Program-made: the position numbers and the translations under genes | Shown here: positions 10,330 through 22,816 of the stretch, piece after piece | Position numbering within the stretch: the stretch's first letter is position 1 | Layout: every line of letters starts with the position of its first letter | Notes under the pieces: generated by a model | Databases searched by the model: none | The model's input: only the letters and a program-made list of their open reading frames with translations | Told to the model about the DNA's origin: nothing | Source of the DNA: an uncultured Planctomycetota bacterium | GTDB lineage: Bacteria > Planctomycetota > Planctomycetia > Isosphaerales > Isosphaeraceae | Length of the DNA: 64,000 nucleotides | NCBI GenBank assembly: GCA_963823665.1 | Contig: CAWGMQ010000007.1 | Location: 576,001 to 640,000, forward strand | Reading direction: 5' to 3'

Positions 10330-12265
10330 AGAAAGGTCTGGCTTGGTTTACCTCATTATGTCGACGTTGCCATATGGCGACGCGCGTCAGTGGCCGTTGG
10401 CACGTTGGTGCTCTTAGCCCGACATTTAGCATGGTCCGAGAGGCTTCGACCTTGTCATTGGTGACTTGCCATGCCGGGTTTTTCCGGCGTGGTATTGATC
10501 CCGTTGGGGAGACTATTTCGTTCCCGATACCCCTCTTGGCTCGCGGCGCCTTGTCGTTTCACCACACCTACCCGCGAAGCGGAGAGATCCCATGCTTGTC
10601 CCCCACGAAGAGCCGAAGAAGCCACGCAAGCCCAAGAAGCCGAGCAAACCCAAGGAGCCGACCAACAAGCCGCGGGTCAGGTCGCTTCCCGTCCCCGTCC
10701 CCGCCTCCTCTGCACCGCTCAGTGTCGTGAATCCAGACGCAGCCGGAGTTGATGTTCATTCCGACATGCATATGGTCTGCGTTCCCGCTGACCGCGACGT
10801 TGACCCAGTCCGCTGGTCTGCGTTCCCGCTGACCGCGACGTTGACCCAGTCCGCCAGTTCGGTGCCAACACCGCCGATCTTCAGGAGATCGCTGTGTGGT
10901 TAAAGAAATGCGGCGTAAAAACCGTCGCGTTGGAATCCACCGGCATTTACTGGATTCCTCTGTTCGAGCTCCTCGAATCCCAGGGCTTCGAGGTTATGCT
11001 GGTCGAACCGGGACAGCTTTCGCGTTGTGGCGCGCGCCCCAAGACGGACGTACTCGACGCGCAGTGGATCCAGCGGTTGCACTCCTACGGCCTCTTACGT
11101 GGGTCGTTCCGACCTCCGGACTCCGTGTTGGCCCTGCGCGCCTACTCCCGGCAACGGCAGATGCTGGTGCGTTACGCCGCTGCTCATGTCCAACACATGC
11201 AGAAGGCCTTGGAGCAGATGAACGTCAAACTGACGGAAGTCATGAGCGACATCACGGGACTGACGGGCATTTCGATCATCGACGCCATTCTGCGAGGCCA
11301 ACGCAATCCCAAGAAGCTGGCCAAACTGCGGCATGGGCGCTGTAATCACAGCGAGGAGCAGATTGCCCTAGCGTTGGAAGGGACATGGCGGCCCGAACAT
11401 CTCTTCGAGCTGCGGCAGGCGCGCGAGCTGTACCAGTTCCATCATGGGCAGATCACCGAGTGTGACCAGCAGATTGAAGCCGAACTGGCCAAATTCGAAA
11501 ACCGGGCGGGAGAGAAGACACAAACTGGTAAGCCACGCACGCGTGGTCGCAAAAGCAACGATGCCCGATTCGAGGCGACGGGCCCGTTGTTCCAGGCATT
11601 GGGTGTAGACCTGACAAAAATCGAGGGAATCGGCGTGGGAACGGCCCTGATCATTCTGGCCGAAATCGGTGTGGACGTCAGTCGGTTTCCCACGGAGAAG
11701 CACTTCGCAAGTTGGCTGCGTCTTTGTCCTTCCCAGGATGAGAGCAATAAGACCAAAAGACGTCGCGGTCATCGCCAAGGGAAGAACCGAGTCGCTATCG
11801 CCCTACGGATGGCCGCGCAGTCAGCAGGCAAGACGATGACACCCTTGGGCATGTACTACCGACGGATCAAAAGTCGGATCGGTGGACTTGGAGCCGTCAA
11901 GGCGACTGCACACAAGCTGGCCTGTTTGGTCTACAGGATGCTCAAGTACGGCGAAGAGTATGTGACCCAGTCGATGGAGGAGTACGAGGCCAAGATCAAA
12001 GCCAATCTGGTGAGAGCGCTCCAGCGGAAGGCGGCGGCGATGGGCTTCCAGCTCAGTCCGATAGCAACGCTATAGAGGAATCGATCGAGGCCGTCGCCAT
12101 CGCGCTACAGGCCTGTCACAATGCTCAACGCCGCGAAGCCCACTTCTCGCATATTCGTTGTTATGGGGGTCTGGGGGAAATCTGCGCGTCGTTCGCTACA
12201 AAATGCAGGAACAAACCCCAAATAATCGAGTCATGTTGTTGATTGCTTGGGGAGTTCATGGGGAG
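10330..12265 (+). mobile_element. IS110-family element; boundaries approximate
   Basis: IS110 transposase with a long hairpin-rich 5' non-coding region; putative right end GTTCATGGGGAG at 12254..12265; no terminal inverted repeats. Confidence 0.65.
10592..12075 (+). pseudogene. IS110-family DEDD transposase/recombinase, frameshifted by a 41-bp tandem duplication
   Basis: AAGVDVH, VALESTGIYW, KTDVLDAQW, IEGIGVGTALIILAEIG, KATAHKLA; removing 10814..10854 fuses the two ORFs as MVCVPADRDVDPVRQFGANTADLQEIAVWLKKC. Confidence 0.9.
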
Positions 12266-13138
12266 TTCCATCCACTGCTACTTATATGGAGCGTGTGAAC
12301 AGTGGGTTGTCAGTGGTCAGTTGTTGGAGGATTCCGTTAGTTATGATTCGTGCGTGTGTTCACAATTAACAAAGAAATCGCGCAAAGCCGTATGTCGGGA
12401 CGTTGCAGTCGTCTCGATCGAGTGATTGCACTTTTTTTGGATGCTTTTATTGCCGAAATCCGAAACCTGACACATAATAATATTAGAGAGGATGGGCAGC
12501 GAACGCGCGATGCTCGCGCGATCGGTGGCTCCCTCTGCTTTCCTACCTCCTCGTCGATCTCTGCTCATCCTGAGAACGGCGGTCAACTTCACGCACAGAG
12601 TGCCATCCAGTGCCAGATCGTGCCATCGGCAAGCAGGCTGAGATTCGCTCCAAAACCCGGACGGGCCGAAACGCTCGCCGGGATGTCTGCGTGGCGCTCG
12701 ACAGCTTCGCCGTGTCATCCGGTGAACGCAGGGTTTGCCCGCTCGAGATTGAACGAGAAGGGCGGGGATTTCTCATTTTTTTAATCAATTATTATCATTT
12801 TTTATCGACTGAAAAAGGCTCACGAATCGACCGAAACCTTTTTCGCATAAACCCTTGCGGATGACGGTCGATCGGAATCCTGGCGTGAGACGCTTGGCGG
12901 GCTGCGCGGCGGCGATTTTGGATCAAAGCGAGTTGCTCACGGGCGGGGTTTTTGGTTTCGAATTCCAGGTGGAGTCGCCAGGCTGGCCCTCGACAGCGGT
13001 TCCGCTGCCGATCGATTCCATGTCGCGGGCGGAACTTTCCGGGTTCGCCACGAAATTCCAAAACAACCTGCTTGACACGAAGATTTACTTCGATAAATTT
13101 ACTTGAGTAGATTATATCGGAGGATGGAGGGGCAGGTG

Positions 13139-13513
13139 ATGAGTGAGACGCAACTGGGGAGGATGCAGACTCGAATCATGCAGGTGTTGTGGGACCTGGG
13201 GCGTGCCAATGCGCGTGAGATCACCGACGCGCTCAACACCGAGGAGGCGGTCGCCCACAGCACGGTGCAGACACTGTTGCGGCAGCTAGAGGCCAAGGGG
13301 GCGGTCGGGCACGAGTCTACAGGGCGCACGTTCGTGTTTTTTCCGCGCCTCAAAGAAGACAAGGTCAAGCGCACGGCGACTCGCGACCTGCTCGAGCGGG
13401 TGTTCGGCGGCAATGTGGGGAGCTTGGTGGCGCACTTGCTCAAGCACGAGCGGCTTTCGAGGGACGAGCTTGATGAGCTCAAGCGGTTGATCGATGACGA
13501 GCGCCGGGATTGA
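13139..13513 (+). CDS. BlaI/MecI/CopY-family transcriptional repressor
   Basis: IMQVLWDLG...AHSTVQTLLRQLEAKGAV...LLERVFGG...LDELKRLID; GGAGGG RBS upstream. Confidence 0.92.
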   Translation: MSETQLGRMQTRIMQVLWDLGRANAREITDALNTEEAVAHSTVQTLLRQLEAKGAVGHESTGRTFVFFPRLKEDKVKRTATRDLLERVFGGNVGSLVAHLLKHERLSRDELDELKRLIDDERRD

Positions 13514-13555
13514 AGTGATCCACCATTCGTTCGGTCGAGGAACAGGGGAGCAGCC

Positions 13556-16500
13556 ATGGCGAACTATGGTCTCGAAGCAGTTCTGGGACAACTCGCGGGA
13601 TTTGGCCTGACGTGGCTCGTGCAATCATCGGTCTTGCTGGCGCTGGGGCTTGCGGCTGGGCGCGTGCTCAGGCGGTCGGGCCCAGCGGTGCAGTCGGGCG
13701 TTTACCGGACGACGCTACTCGCAGTGGTCGTTTGCCCGTTCGCGTCCGCCGTGCTCGGCGCAGCGGGCTTCGACGGATTATCGCTGCGGCTGCCGTCAAG
13801 GGCACACGAGCCAGTGCCCGGTGAACGGGCGGCGCACGACGAGCCGCAATCCACTGGGGAACCTTCAGTAACTCCGCGAGATCTGTCGCCGAGCCCCGTG
13901 CAGATGGCCGAGACGCCGCCGATCGTCGCGGAACGAACCAATCTCACGGCGGCCGAGGCCGCGCGGGCTGCCGCGCCCGGTCGCTTCGCGCTGAGAATGG
14001 ACACGACGGTTATCGCCGCCGTCTTCGTTGCCATTTGGCTTGTGGGATCGACATTCATGGCTTTCTGGCTGTGCGTCGGTTGGGCTCGGATGCGGCGGTT
14101 GCGATCTTCGGCGGCGCCAGCCGAACCGGCCGCGGACGCGCTCTGTCGCGATATCGCGCGCCAGTTGAGGGTCGCCTCACCATCGGTCTGGCGCAGCCCG
14201 TTCCTGTTCAGCCCGTGCCTGGACGGACTGAGGCGCCCGGCAATCTTGCTGCCGGACGACGTGGGAAGTAACTTGCGCGAAACGTTTATTCATGAACTGG
14301 CCCATCTTCTTCGCCGCGACGGTCTGTGGAACTGGCTGCGCCGCTGGACGAACGTCGCTCTCTGGGCTCAACCGCTGCTCTGGGTGCTCTCGCGTCGACT
14401 CGAGGCAACGTCCGAGGAAGTTTGCGATGACTACGTGGTGCACTCGGGAGCGAAGCGCAGCGCCTATGCCGGCCATCTTCTCGAGCTCGCGGGCAGGTCG
14501 CTGCCGCCGATTGCCCCGGCCAGCGTGGGGATGGTCTCATTGCGGTCGTTGCTGGCCCGGCGAGTCATTCGCATCCTCGACACATCTCGGGCGATCTCGA
14601 CTCGAGCGGGGACACGGGCCATCGTCGTGATGGTCGCCGTCGGTGCGGCGTTGACGCTCCTGGCGGGCTTGGTCGGAATCAATGAGCGGCAAAGGGCAGA
14701 GGCGAGCACGGCCGAAGTCGTCCCGGACGGCGGACCGGATCCGTCGGGCAAGAAGGTGCGCGGGCAAGTTGTCGGACCCGACGGCCGGCCGATGGCCGGC
14801 GCAACGGTGATTGCGTGGCGGTGGCGCCCCGATGGCCCGCGCATTGACGACGAGCACGTTTCGCGCAAAGCGTCGGTGATCGGGAGAAAGACCACCGGGC
14901 CCGACGGCCGGTATGAATTCTACTTCGAGACGGCGGAGGTTGCGACCGCGGCTCGGGTCATCGCGATTGCCCCCGGAGCTGGCCTCGGTTATCGCGGCAA
15001 GGATGACGAGATTCGACTTTCAGCGGGCGATCTGCCGATCGCAGGCCGGCTTGTTGACCTCGAAGGGCGCCCGGTCGCCGGTGCGAAGGTTCTCGCTTGG
15101 CCAGGTGATGCTCCCGCGGAGCGATGCCGCGCCGACTCGTATGCCAAAGCAGCCGGGGGCGGCGGTCACCAAGATGCAGATGCCGGCACGCTCGCCGGCG
15201 CCCGCAAGCGATCCCGTCTCGAAGAACGGACGAATGTTCCTGGATGCCACCGGCTTGCTGAGCGATGGCCTGGTCACAGACGGTGACGGCCGGTTCCGAA
15301 TCGAAGGCCTCGGCCGCGACGTCCTCGCGAACCTGACGATCTCGGGCCCGACGATCGCGTACAAGCAAGTGCAGGTGATCACTCGAGCGATGGGTCGGGT
15401 GGGGGACGACAATCGCGATCCCTCAGTGCGCGGCCTGAGCGAGGCTGCGACTTACGGCGCGACCTGCACGATCACGGTCGAACCCACGCGACCGATCGAA
15501 GGCTTCGTCCGCGATGCCGAGACGAAGCAGCCGATCCCGGGCGCCATTGTAACCGCGGCCGCGCTCTCCGGCTCAACGCTCCATATCGAAGGGTTCATTT
15601 CGACCGAGACCGACGCGCAAGGGCATTACCGTCTCATCGGGCTGCCCAAGGAAGGAGCTGCTGGCCACAAGCTGGCAGTCTATGCGCCGCTCGACCGGCC
15701 TTATTTCGAGTCGGGGTGGCTTGAAGCGCCCGCGAAGCCCGGCTTCGAGCCGCTCAGCTTCGACGTATCGCTCAAGAGCGGCATCTGGATCAGCGGCAAG
15801 GTGACCGAAGCCGCGACCGGCAAGGCCGTCGCGGCGGCGGTCGATTATTTCCCCATGTTCACCAACAAGCACGCGCAGGACTATCCGAATTTCGACCCCA
15901 ACATCACGGCCACAGTGAGCATCGACACGCGACGCAAGACGGCTGCGGACGGGTCGTTTCAGATCGTCGGCTTGCCCGGTGAAGGAGTCGTGACCGTCCA
16001 CACCGACGACAGGTCTTACCTGGGAGGCTATGGCGCAGAATCGATCAAGGGCCGGAGTGGGCAGGACCAGCTTCTCACATATAATCACATATTCACGTCA
16101 ATGTACCAGAGCCTGAAGCAGATAGCCGTTCCCGAGGGTGCGACTTCATTCGGCTGCGACATGAGCGTCGACGCCGGCCGCGCAGTCCGGCTGAGGCTTG
16201 TGGACGAGGACGGGAAGCCGGTGACGAACGCCACGGTGTGGGGCCGAAATCCGGAAGGATCGGACCACGGCGACCGGAACCTTTACAACGAGAGCACCAC
16301 GCGGGTCGGCGGCCTCGAGCCGGGCAAACCGCGTACGGTCGTGATCCAGCAACGCAGCCGCAAGATCGGCGCGTTGGTCACGATCGGCTCCGACGAGGCT
16401 GGCAAAGATGCGGAGCAGACGGTGACTCTCCGTCCCTGCGCCACACTCACCGGGAGGCTGCTCGGCAGCGACGGCAAGCCTGCCGCCGGGGGCGTCCGCA

Positions 16501-18443
16501 TCGAATTGGTCTGCGATGCTGCGGCTCTGTTCAAGCAGATTCATGTGACGTCGGCGGCAGTTGACTCCGAGGGACGATTCCGATGCGACGATCTTCCCGC
16601 GGGCGGCCCGTATCAGGTGACAGTTGCGGAGCGCCTGGTCTACGGGCTCGGTCGTCGAATGGATCCGGAATCGTACAAGCCGTTTCTGCTCTCCAAGGAA
16701 ATGAAAGTCGAGCGCGGGCAGACGGTCGATCTTGGATCGATTGACGTGAACACCGGCAAGGCGGCCGCGGGTGCACCGGCGGGCCAGGCACCAACCTCGG
16801 ACGTGCCGATAACCGGGCGAGTGCTCAATCTCGAAGGGCAACCGGTTGCAGGCATCGCGGTGAAGGTTGAACACGTCTACGTTCCCAAGCACGATAACCT
16901 GTTGCCATGGCTCGAGGGCGTGAGGAAGGGTGAGCCACCGTGGGTTGCGAGCGGGCATATCGACTGGGAGCGAAAAGACGCTCCCGCGGCCCCGCGCGAA
17001 ACGACCACTGATCAGAGCGGCCGCTTCCGGCTCGACGGTCTGCGTGCCGATCGAATCGTCGGGATCGAGCTACAAGGCCAAACGGTCGCGTTTGCATCAA
17101 TCGAGGTGGTCACGAGGAGAACCGAGCCAATTCCGGCCGCCGGTTATGCGAACAATTTCGGCTCAGGGAAACAATCAATCTACGGATCCGACTTCACCTA
17201 CACGGCGACCCCAAGCCGGCTGATCGAGGGCTCTATCAAAGACTCGAGAACAGGCCGCGCGCTAGCCGGCGCTGAAATCCGGAGCTACCACTTCGCCGGA
17301 TCCGATTTCATCGGGATCATGACGCTGAAGACGAAGACCGACGAACAAGGGCGGTTCCGTCTGGCGGGCCTGCCGAAGGGCGCGGGAAACAAGGTCATCA
17401 TCGTCCCGAGTGATGAGCAACCTTACTTGATGCAGGAAGTAGCGATCCCCGACCCGCCGGGCGCCGGTCCGGTGTCTCTCGAGCTCGCCTTGCAGCGCGC
17501 GATCTGGATCGAGGGCAAGATCACGGAAAAGGCGACGGGAAAACCACTGGAAGGGGCCTGGCTCCATTACTTTCCGTTCCTCGCCAACACGTTTGCCCAG
17601 CAGCACCCTGCCTTCGACGGCGATCGCAATGCCGATGGGGTGGGATTTCAGCATCGCTATCTCACAAAGGCTGACGGAACGTTCAGGCTCGTGGGCCTGC
17701 CTGGCCGCGCGATTGTCGGGGCCGTCGTGGACAAGGACAAGTATATGCCGGGCGCCGGATCCGAAGCGATCGAAGGCATGAACGCCGCAGGGCACTTCGA
17801 GACCTTCAACAATCCGATCATCCCCGGCAGGCTGTTTCCTACCGTCATGAAGGAGATCAACCCACCCGCCGATGCCGAGGTCGTGCATGTGGACCTCGAG
17901 GTCGTCACCGGCCCGTCGGTGCGCGTGCGAGTGGTCGATCCGGAAGGAAAGCCGATCGCCGGCCTCAAGACACGCGGTCGGTTCGGACGAAGTTCGTATG
18001 ACAAAGGGGACATGCCGGCGCCCGACGCCGAAGTTGGCAACTTGAGGCCGGAGGAACACCGAATCTTCCTGGTTCGGCATGAAGGACAGAGACTCGGCAA
18101 GGTGGCGACGGTGAAGCAAGGAGACGACAGGGGCGGGCCGCTCGTCGTGAGGCTTGCGCCACTGGCGGCGATCCGCGGGCGCGTGGTCGACGCTGACGGA
18201 AACCCGATGGCCGCCACCATCCGGCCGGACGTCCTTCCAGGCGGAGACTTCGGGCTCAGCCTGGCGAATGTCGTGACTGGCGCCGATGGGCGGTTCGTCA
18301 TCGAGGATATTCCCACCGGCTGTGACTACGGCATCGCGGTTGAAACCACGGAGCCCATCAAAGGACGGCGATACGCTCATCATCCGCGCGCTGCCGTGAA
18401 ACCCGGAGAAACGACCGAGATCGGCGAGATCAAGATCGAGTAA
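13556..18443 (+). CDS. BlaR1/M56 metallopeptidase sensor fused to multiple carboxypeptidase-regulatory-like Ig domains; frameshift near 15090
   Basis: N-terminal TM helices, HELAH and EEVCDD M56 motifs; repeated GRVxDxxGxPVAGA / TDxxGRFRL units in ORF 14913..18443. Confidence 0.88.
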
Positions 18444-18519
18444 TCCAAGCTCTCGCCCGATACACGGTAAGAAATCAGGAAAGGCTGAGCGTGCGCCCAA
18501 TGCCAGGAGTACCTGATCG

Positions 18520-19888
18520 ATGAGTACATCCCCCTGGTCGATCTATCGTCCGTCTGCCGCCGCCCCCTGGACCCTCGCCCGCGCCTGGACGCTCCGTCGC
18601 CGGGCTGGCTTTGGCGCCACCTGGCGCGAGCTCGAGCGCGACCTGGCCGGTGGGCCAGGTCCAGCCGTCGATCGAGTGCTCTCGGCACACTGCCGACTCG
18701 ACGGCGTTCCGCAGGATTTTGAGGCGACGGCTGCGTTGCTGGGTGATTCCGCCAGCGCTTCGTCTGACCCCCGCCGGCTTGAAGCATGGTGGCTCTACCG
18801 AGCTTACTTTACTCCGGACCCCCTGGGAGAGCGGCTCACGCTCGCGTGGCACGACCACTTCGCGACCAGCCAGCTCAAGGTGGACGATCTGTCTGCGATG
18901 CGAGTGCAGAATGACACATTCAAAAAGCTCGGCCGGGGTCCGTTCGGCGACTTGCTGCGAGCCATGCTGCGCGACCCGGCCTTGCTCGTCTGGCTCGATG
19001 CGCCATCGAACCGCAAGGCGAAACCCAACGAGAATCTCGCTCGCGAATTGATGGAGCTTTTTACACTCGGCGTGGGCCGATTCACAGAGAGCGACGTGAA
19101 GGAATGTGCACGTGCACTGACGGGGCTAAGCGTCGTGCAAGGGCACGCTCATTTCAAACCACCCGATCACGATGAACGTGAGAAGACTATTCTGGGCAGG
19201 ACCGCTCGATTTGATGCCGAGTCGCTCGCCGCGCAACTTTTGGCCCAGCCCGCAGCCGCCGACCGGCTGGCGTGGCGATTGTGTGCGACCTTCTTGGGCG
19301 AAGGAGTCTGCGATGAGTCAGCCCGAGCGGGTCTGGCCGATCTTCTCAGGAATGATGGCCTGCACATTGGCCGTGGAGTCGAGACGGTTCTGCGGTCGGA
19401 GGCTCTTCTTCTCGGAAAGGAATTTGCACACGCGGATTTCCGACCCGGTTGGATTCGTCATCGGATCAGCGCGAGTGCTCGAGCTCTTCGCACCTCCGCC
19501 TTCCACGCTGCTGCTCGCCGAGTGGACTGCGAGGCTGGGCCAGAAGCTTTTCTTCCCGCCCAATGTCGGCGGCTGGCCGGGTGGGCGGCGATGGCTCTCG
19601 GGGCGCGGGATTATCGCTCGCGCCAACTTCGCGGCGGCGCTCGGACTTGGCAGGCTGGTGGTAGAGGGAATCGCTCCTGATCTGTCATCGCTCGCCGAAC
19701 ACCGGGGTTCTTGCAAGGAAGCTTCGGATTCACTGAGTTTCCTTTCTGGGTTGCTCACCGGCCGGCGAATCGACACGTCGCTTGCCCGGTCGCTCTGGCT
19801 TGGCGCTGCGAGCACAGGCTCGGATGCGGGCCGGTTCAACCGTGCCGTCGCCGCGCTCTTATCAAGGCCTGAAGGTCAATTGAGCTGA
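18520..19888 (+). CDS. DUF1800-family protein; frameshift near 19410
   Basis: ERLTLAWHDHFATS, PNENLARELMELFTLG, PPNVGGWPGG. Confidence 0.88.
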
Positions 19889-19931
19889 GGATGGGAGTTT
19901 TGATCGGTTGATCGCTAACAGACGTGGAGCA

Positions 19932-21125
19932 ATGGTCATGATCACGCGACGAAATCTTTTGAAAGGCTCTGCATTTCTATCACTTTCGCGGTTCGTGCCC
20001 GGGTTCCTCGAGCGAACTGGGCGAGCCGCGGAAGGCGAGAAAAGCGGGCGAATCCTGGTCACGATCCAGCTCGATGGTGGAAACGACGGAATCAACACGG
20101 TTGTTCCGTTTGGCGACGAGGCGTACGCGAAGTGCCGTCGCGAGCTGCGGCTGCCCACCGACAAGCTGCTCAAGATCGGCGATGGGCTGGGCCTTCATCC
20201 TTCGATGCGGGCCGCGGCCGAACTGCTCGAGAGCGGGCGGCTTGCGATCGTTCAGGGCGTGGGCTATCCGAACCCGAATCGGTCGCATTTCGAGAGCATG
20301 AACATCTGGCAGACGGCCAAGCTCGGCAAACCGGGGCCGGAGGTCATGGGTTGGCTGGGACGCGCGCTTGACAAGGCGCCAGCGGAGAATGGTCCGTCGG
20401 GGGTCTTCGTCGGCGATCAGAATCTGCCGCTGGCGCTGTTCTCGCGGCGGGCCACATCGGCATCGTTTGCGGATGCATCGGATCTGGTTCTGACGCTGCC
20501 GCCGCCCGCGCCGGGCTCCACAGGCGATTTTGGTGACGACCTGGCGGCGTTCGTGAATCGCACAGTCACGAGTGCGTATGCGACGGCGGGTGAGATCGAG
20601 GCGGCCTCGGCCCGCGGCCGCGATAGAAACGCACGCTATCCTGAAACGGGCTTGGCTGTTCGCCTCGAGCTGGTGGCACGTTCGATCAAGGCCGGCTCGA
20701 CGGCGCGTGTGTTCTACGTGATCCAGCCCGGTTATGATTCGCATGCGATCCAGTTGCCGACGCAGGCCCAATTGCTCCGAGAGTTCTCCGGCGCCGTCAA
20801 GGCGTTTCTTGATGATCTGGCAGCCGCGAAGCTCGCTGACCGCGTGGTCGTTCTGGCATTCAGCGAATTCGGCCGCAGGGCCGAGGAAAATGGCTCACTC
20901 GGCACCGACCACGGCACAGCCGGGCCTGTGTTCGTGGCCGGGACGTCTGTGAAATCGGGATTAGTCGGCAAAACGCCGCTCTTGGGCGACCTCGAGGACG
21001 GCAATCTGAAGTGGTCGATCGACTTCCGAAGCGTGTACGCAACGCTTCTGTCCGATTGGCTTCGTCTCCCCGCCCAAGAGATCCTGGCCGGGAGCTTTCC
21101 TCGGGTTCCGCTATTGAAGATTTGA
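19932..21125 (+). CDS. DUF1501-family protein with Tat-like signal
   Basis: TRRNLLK, LDGGNDGINTVVP, NRSHF, SEFGRR, GTDHG, IDFRSVYATLL. Confidence 0.92.
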   Translation: MVMITRRNLLKGSAFLSLSRFVPGFLERTGRAAEGEKSGRILVTIQLDGGNDGINTVVPFGDEAYAKCRRELRLPTDKLLKIGDGLGLHPSMRAAAELLESGRLAIVQGVGYPNPNRSHFESMNIWQTAKLGKPGPEVMGWLGRALDKAPAENGPSGVFVGDQNLPLALFSRRATSASFADASDLVLTLPPPAPGSTGDFGDDLAAFVNRTVTSAYATAGEIEAASARGRDRNARYPETGLAVRLELVARSIKAGSTARVFYVIQPGYDSHAIQLPTQAQLLREFSGAVKAFLDDLAAAKLADRVVVLAFSEFGRRAEENGSLGTDHGTAGPVFVAGTSVKSGLVGKTPLLGDLEDGNLKWSIDFRSVYATLLSDWLRLPAQEILAGSFPRVPLLKI

Positions 21126-21146
21126 GCGAAAGGCGTCTGGCGGCTG

Positions 21147-21240
21147 AGCACTGGCACGGCGAGTGCCACACATCCAACTCTTCCCGAGGGCGGCACACGG
21201 AGTCTGCCGGCTACGCCAGAACGCTGGCGAGTGCCACCCA
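21147..21240. repeat. Cluster of REP-like palindromes between convergent genes
   Basis: CACTGGCACGGCGAGTGCCAC; GTAG-tagged GTAGCCGGCAGACTCCGTGTGCCGCC on minus strand (21189..21214); CTGGCGAGTGCCAC. Confidence 0.6.
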
Positions 21241-21293
21241 TCCAACACTTTGAGCGGTGAGTTAGCAAAGACCGCCTCCCATTCTATCCTATT

Positions 21294-21758
21294 TCAGCGC
21301 CTTCTCGGGGGCGTCACCTTCTTGGTTTTGTCGGTCGGCGGGCCGTCGATCATGTTGATGTTTCGCTCGTAGTCCTCATCACGAAAGACCATGACCGGGC
21401 CCGCTCCGAGCACGTGGTATTGCACTTCCTCGACACGCTCGGGCTTCGAGAAGGAGAGTCGGACGGCAAATCGCTTCTCGACACCGACTGCCTCTTCTTC
21501 TCGAAGGATCTCGAACGATTTCAGGCTTTGACCGGAAGCCCATGGCGTGTCGTGCACCTGGACAACAGGCTCGGTGCCCGGCAGAACACCGGGTTTGCCG
21601 CCGTCACACCATGTCTTGAGCGCTGACTCAAGCGCCGTGCGCGCCACAGTGTCGGAGGGTACGGCGGTCGAACCGTTGCTGCATCCTCCGCTCGAATACA
21701 GCACGGCCGCCGACAACCAAACTAGGAGAATCCGAGTTGAAATCCAGGAAGAGTGCAT
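21294..21758 (-). CDS. Hypothetical lipoprotein downstream of the DUF1559 gene
   Basis: Signal peptide ending SSGGC (lipobox-like); paralog of 23734..24252. Confidence 0.75.
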   Translation of the reverse strand: MHSSWISTRILLVWLSAAVLYSSGGCSNGSTAVPSDTVARTALESALKTWCDGGKPGVLPGTEPVVQVHDTPWASGQSLKSFEILREEEAVGVEKRFAVRLSFSKPERVEEVQYHVLGAGPVMVFRDEDYERNINMIDGPPTDKTKKVTPPRRR

Positions 21759-21772
21759 CGTGGCCCCCTTGT

Positions 21773-22816
21773 TCAGTAGGCGTCGCTCGATATGCTTTCG
21801 CCACCGTCACGCGTGCCCAGCGCTTGCCAGATTTGCAGCGAGACTCCGTTCTTGACGAACTTGGCGCTGCCGTCGCCGAACAGCACGTTCACGCCACCGG
21901 GATGGAGGCTCGACGGGGGCACCTGCATCGGCATGTTGGCCATATTGTTGTTCGAGAAGCCCAGACCGGCGCACGTTGCGGTGTTGGGGGTCGAAACGTG
22001 GTTGTATTCTGTGCAGCACATTTCGCCCATGACCCAGCTTGCGCCTTGCACGTGTGTGAGGCGAGTGGCGGTCAGTGGATTTGTCGCCATGCACGTTTGG
22101 TACGTGGTACTGAGGCTGGTCGTCGCCGTCATGACCATCGAGTCGGAGAGTGCGTTTGAGTCGCGCTGGCCGCTGCCGCGGATCTTCTCGCTGAAAAAGG
22201 CGGTGTTGCTCGTGCCATCCGTGATCTGCTGGAGCTTGGTCGAGCTCTGGAAGTAAAAGATGCCGTGCGGCGTATCACCAGGTGAGATTGTGGAGGGATT
22301 CTGATCGCCCAGGTCGCATTCCCACGACTGCATGTTACCCAGGTAACTGTTGGCCCCCGGCCAGCCGGCAACTGTGTTCGTGGCGTCAGTCGGGCAGAGG
22401 AACACGGAAACCTGGATTCGCGAACCCGTCATGTTGTCACGATTCGCGTTCTCGTAAGCCGGCATGAAGGCAACATCACCCGCCATCCCGGGGGTCTCCG
22501 GAGCCAGACTGAAATTGATGCTGTTGAAGAGGTTCCCTTGCTCAATGAACATCAGCAGTTGGCTCTGGGCAGACCAGCGAGCGTACGCTGCTGCTCCGAA
22601 GTAGCTCGCGCCTTTGCCAAATGGGAGAACCTGGAAGCTGGTCAGATAGTTATGGCACGCGAGGCCGATCTGCTTGAGATTGTTCACACACTGAGCGCGG
22701 CGAGCCGCTTCTCGTGCTGACTGCACCGCGGGAAGTAGCAGGGCAATCAGCACGGCGATGATGGCAATGACGACGAGCAATTCGATCAACGTGAAACCGG
22801 CACGTCGGGTCTGCAT
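21773..22816 (-). CDS. DUF1559 (SBP_bac_10) prepilin-type N-methylation protein
   Basis: [55 protein letters not shown]. Confidence 0.95.
   Translation of the reverse strand: MQTRRAGFTLIELLVVIAIIAVLIALLLPAVQSAREAARRAQCVNNLKQIGLACHNYLTSFQVLPFGKGASYFGAAAYARWSAQSQLLMFIEQGNLFNSINFSLAPETPGMAGDVAFMPAYENANRDNMTGSRIQVSVFLCPTDATNTVAGWPGANSYLGNMQSWECDLGDQNPSTISPGDTPHGIFYFQSSTKLQQITDGTSNTAFFSEKIRGSGQRDSNALSDSMVMTATTSLSTTYQTCMATNPLTATRLTHVQGASWVMGEMCCTEYNHVSTPNTATCAGLGFSNNNMANMPMQVPPSSLHPGGVNVLFGDGSAKFVKNGVSLQIWQALGTRDGGESISSDAY

Noticed and set aside
12270..13100. Possible genes or ncRNA between the IS110 and blaI
   Set aside because: Short overlapping ORFs without motifs; no structure I can support beyond a short GTCAGT repeat
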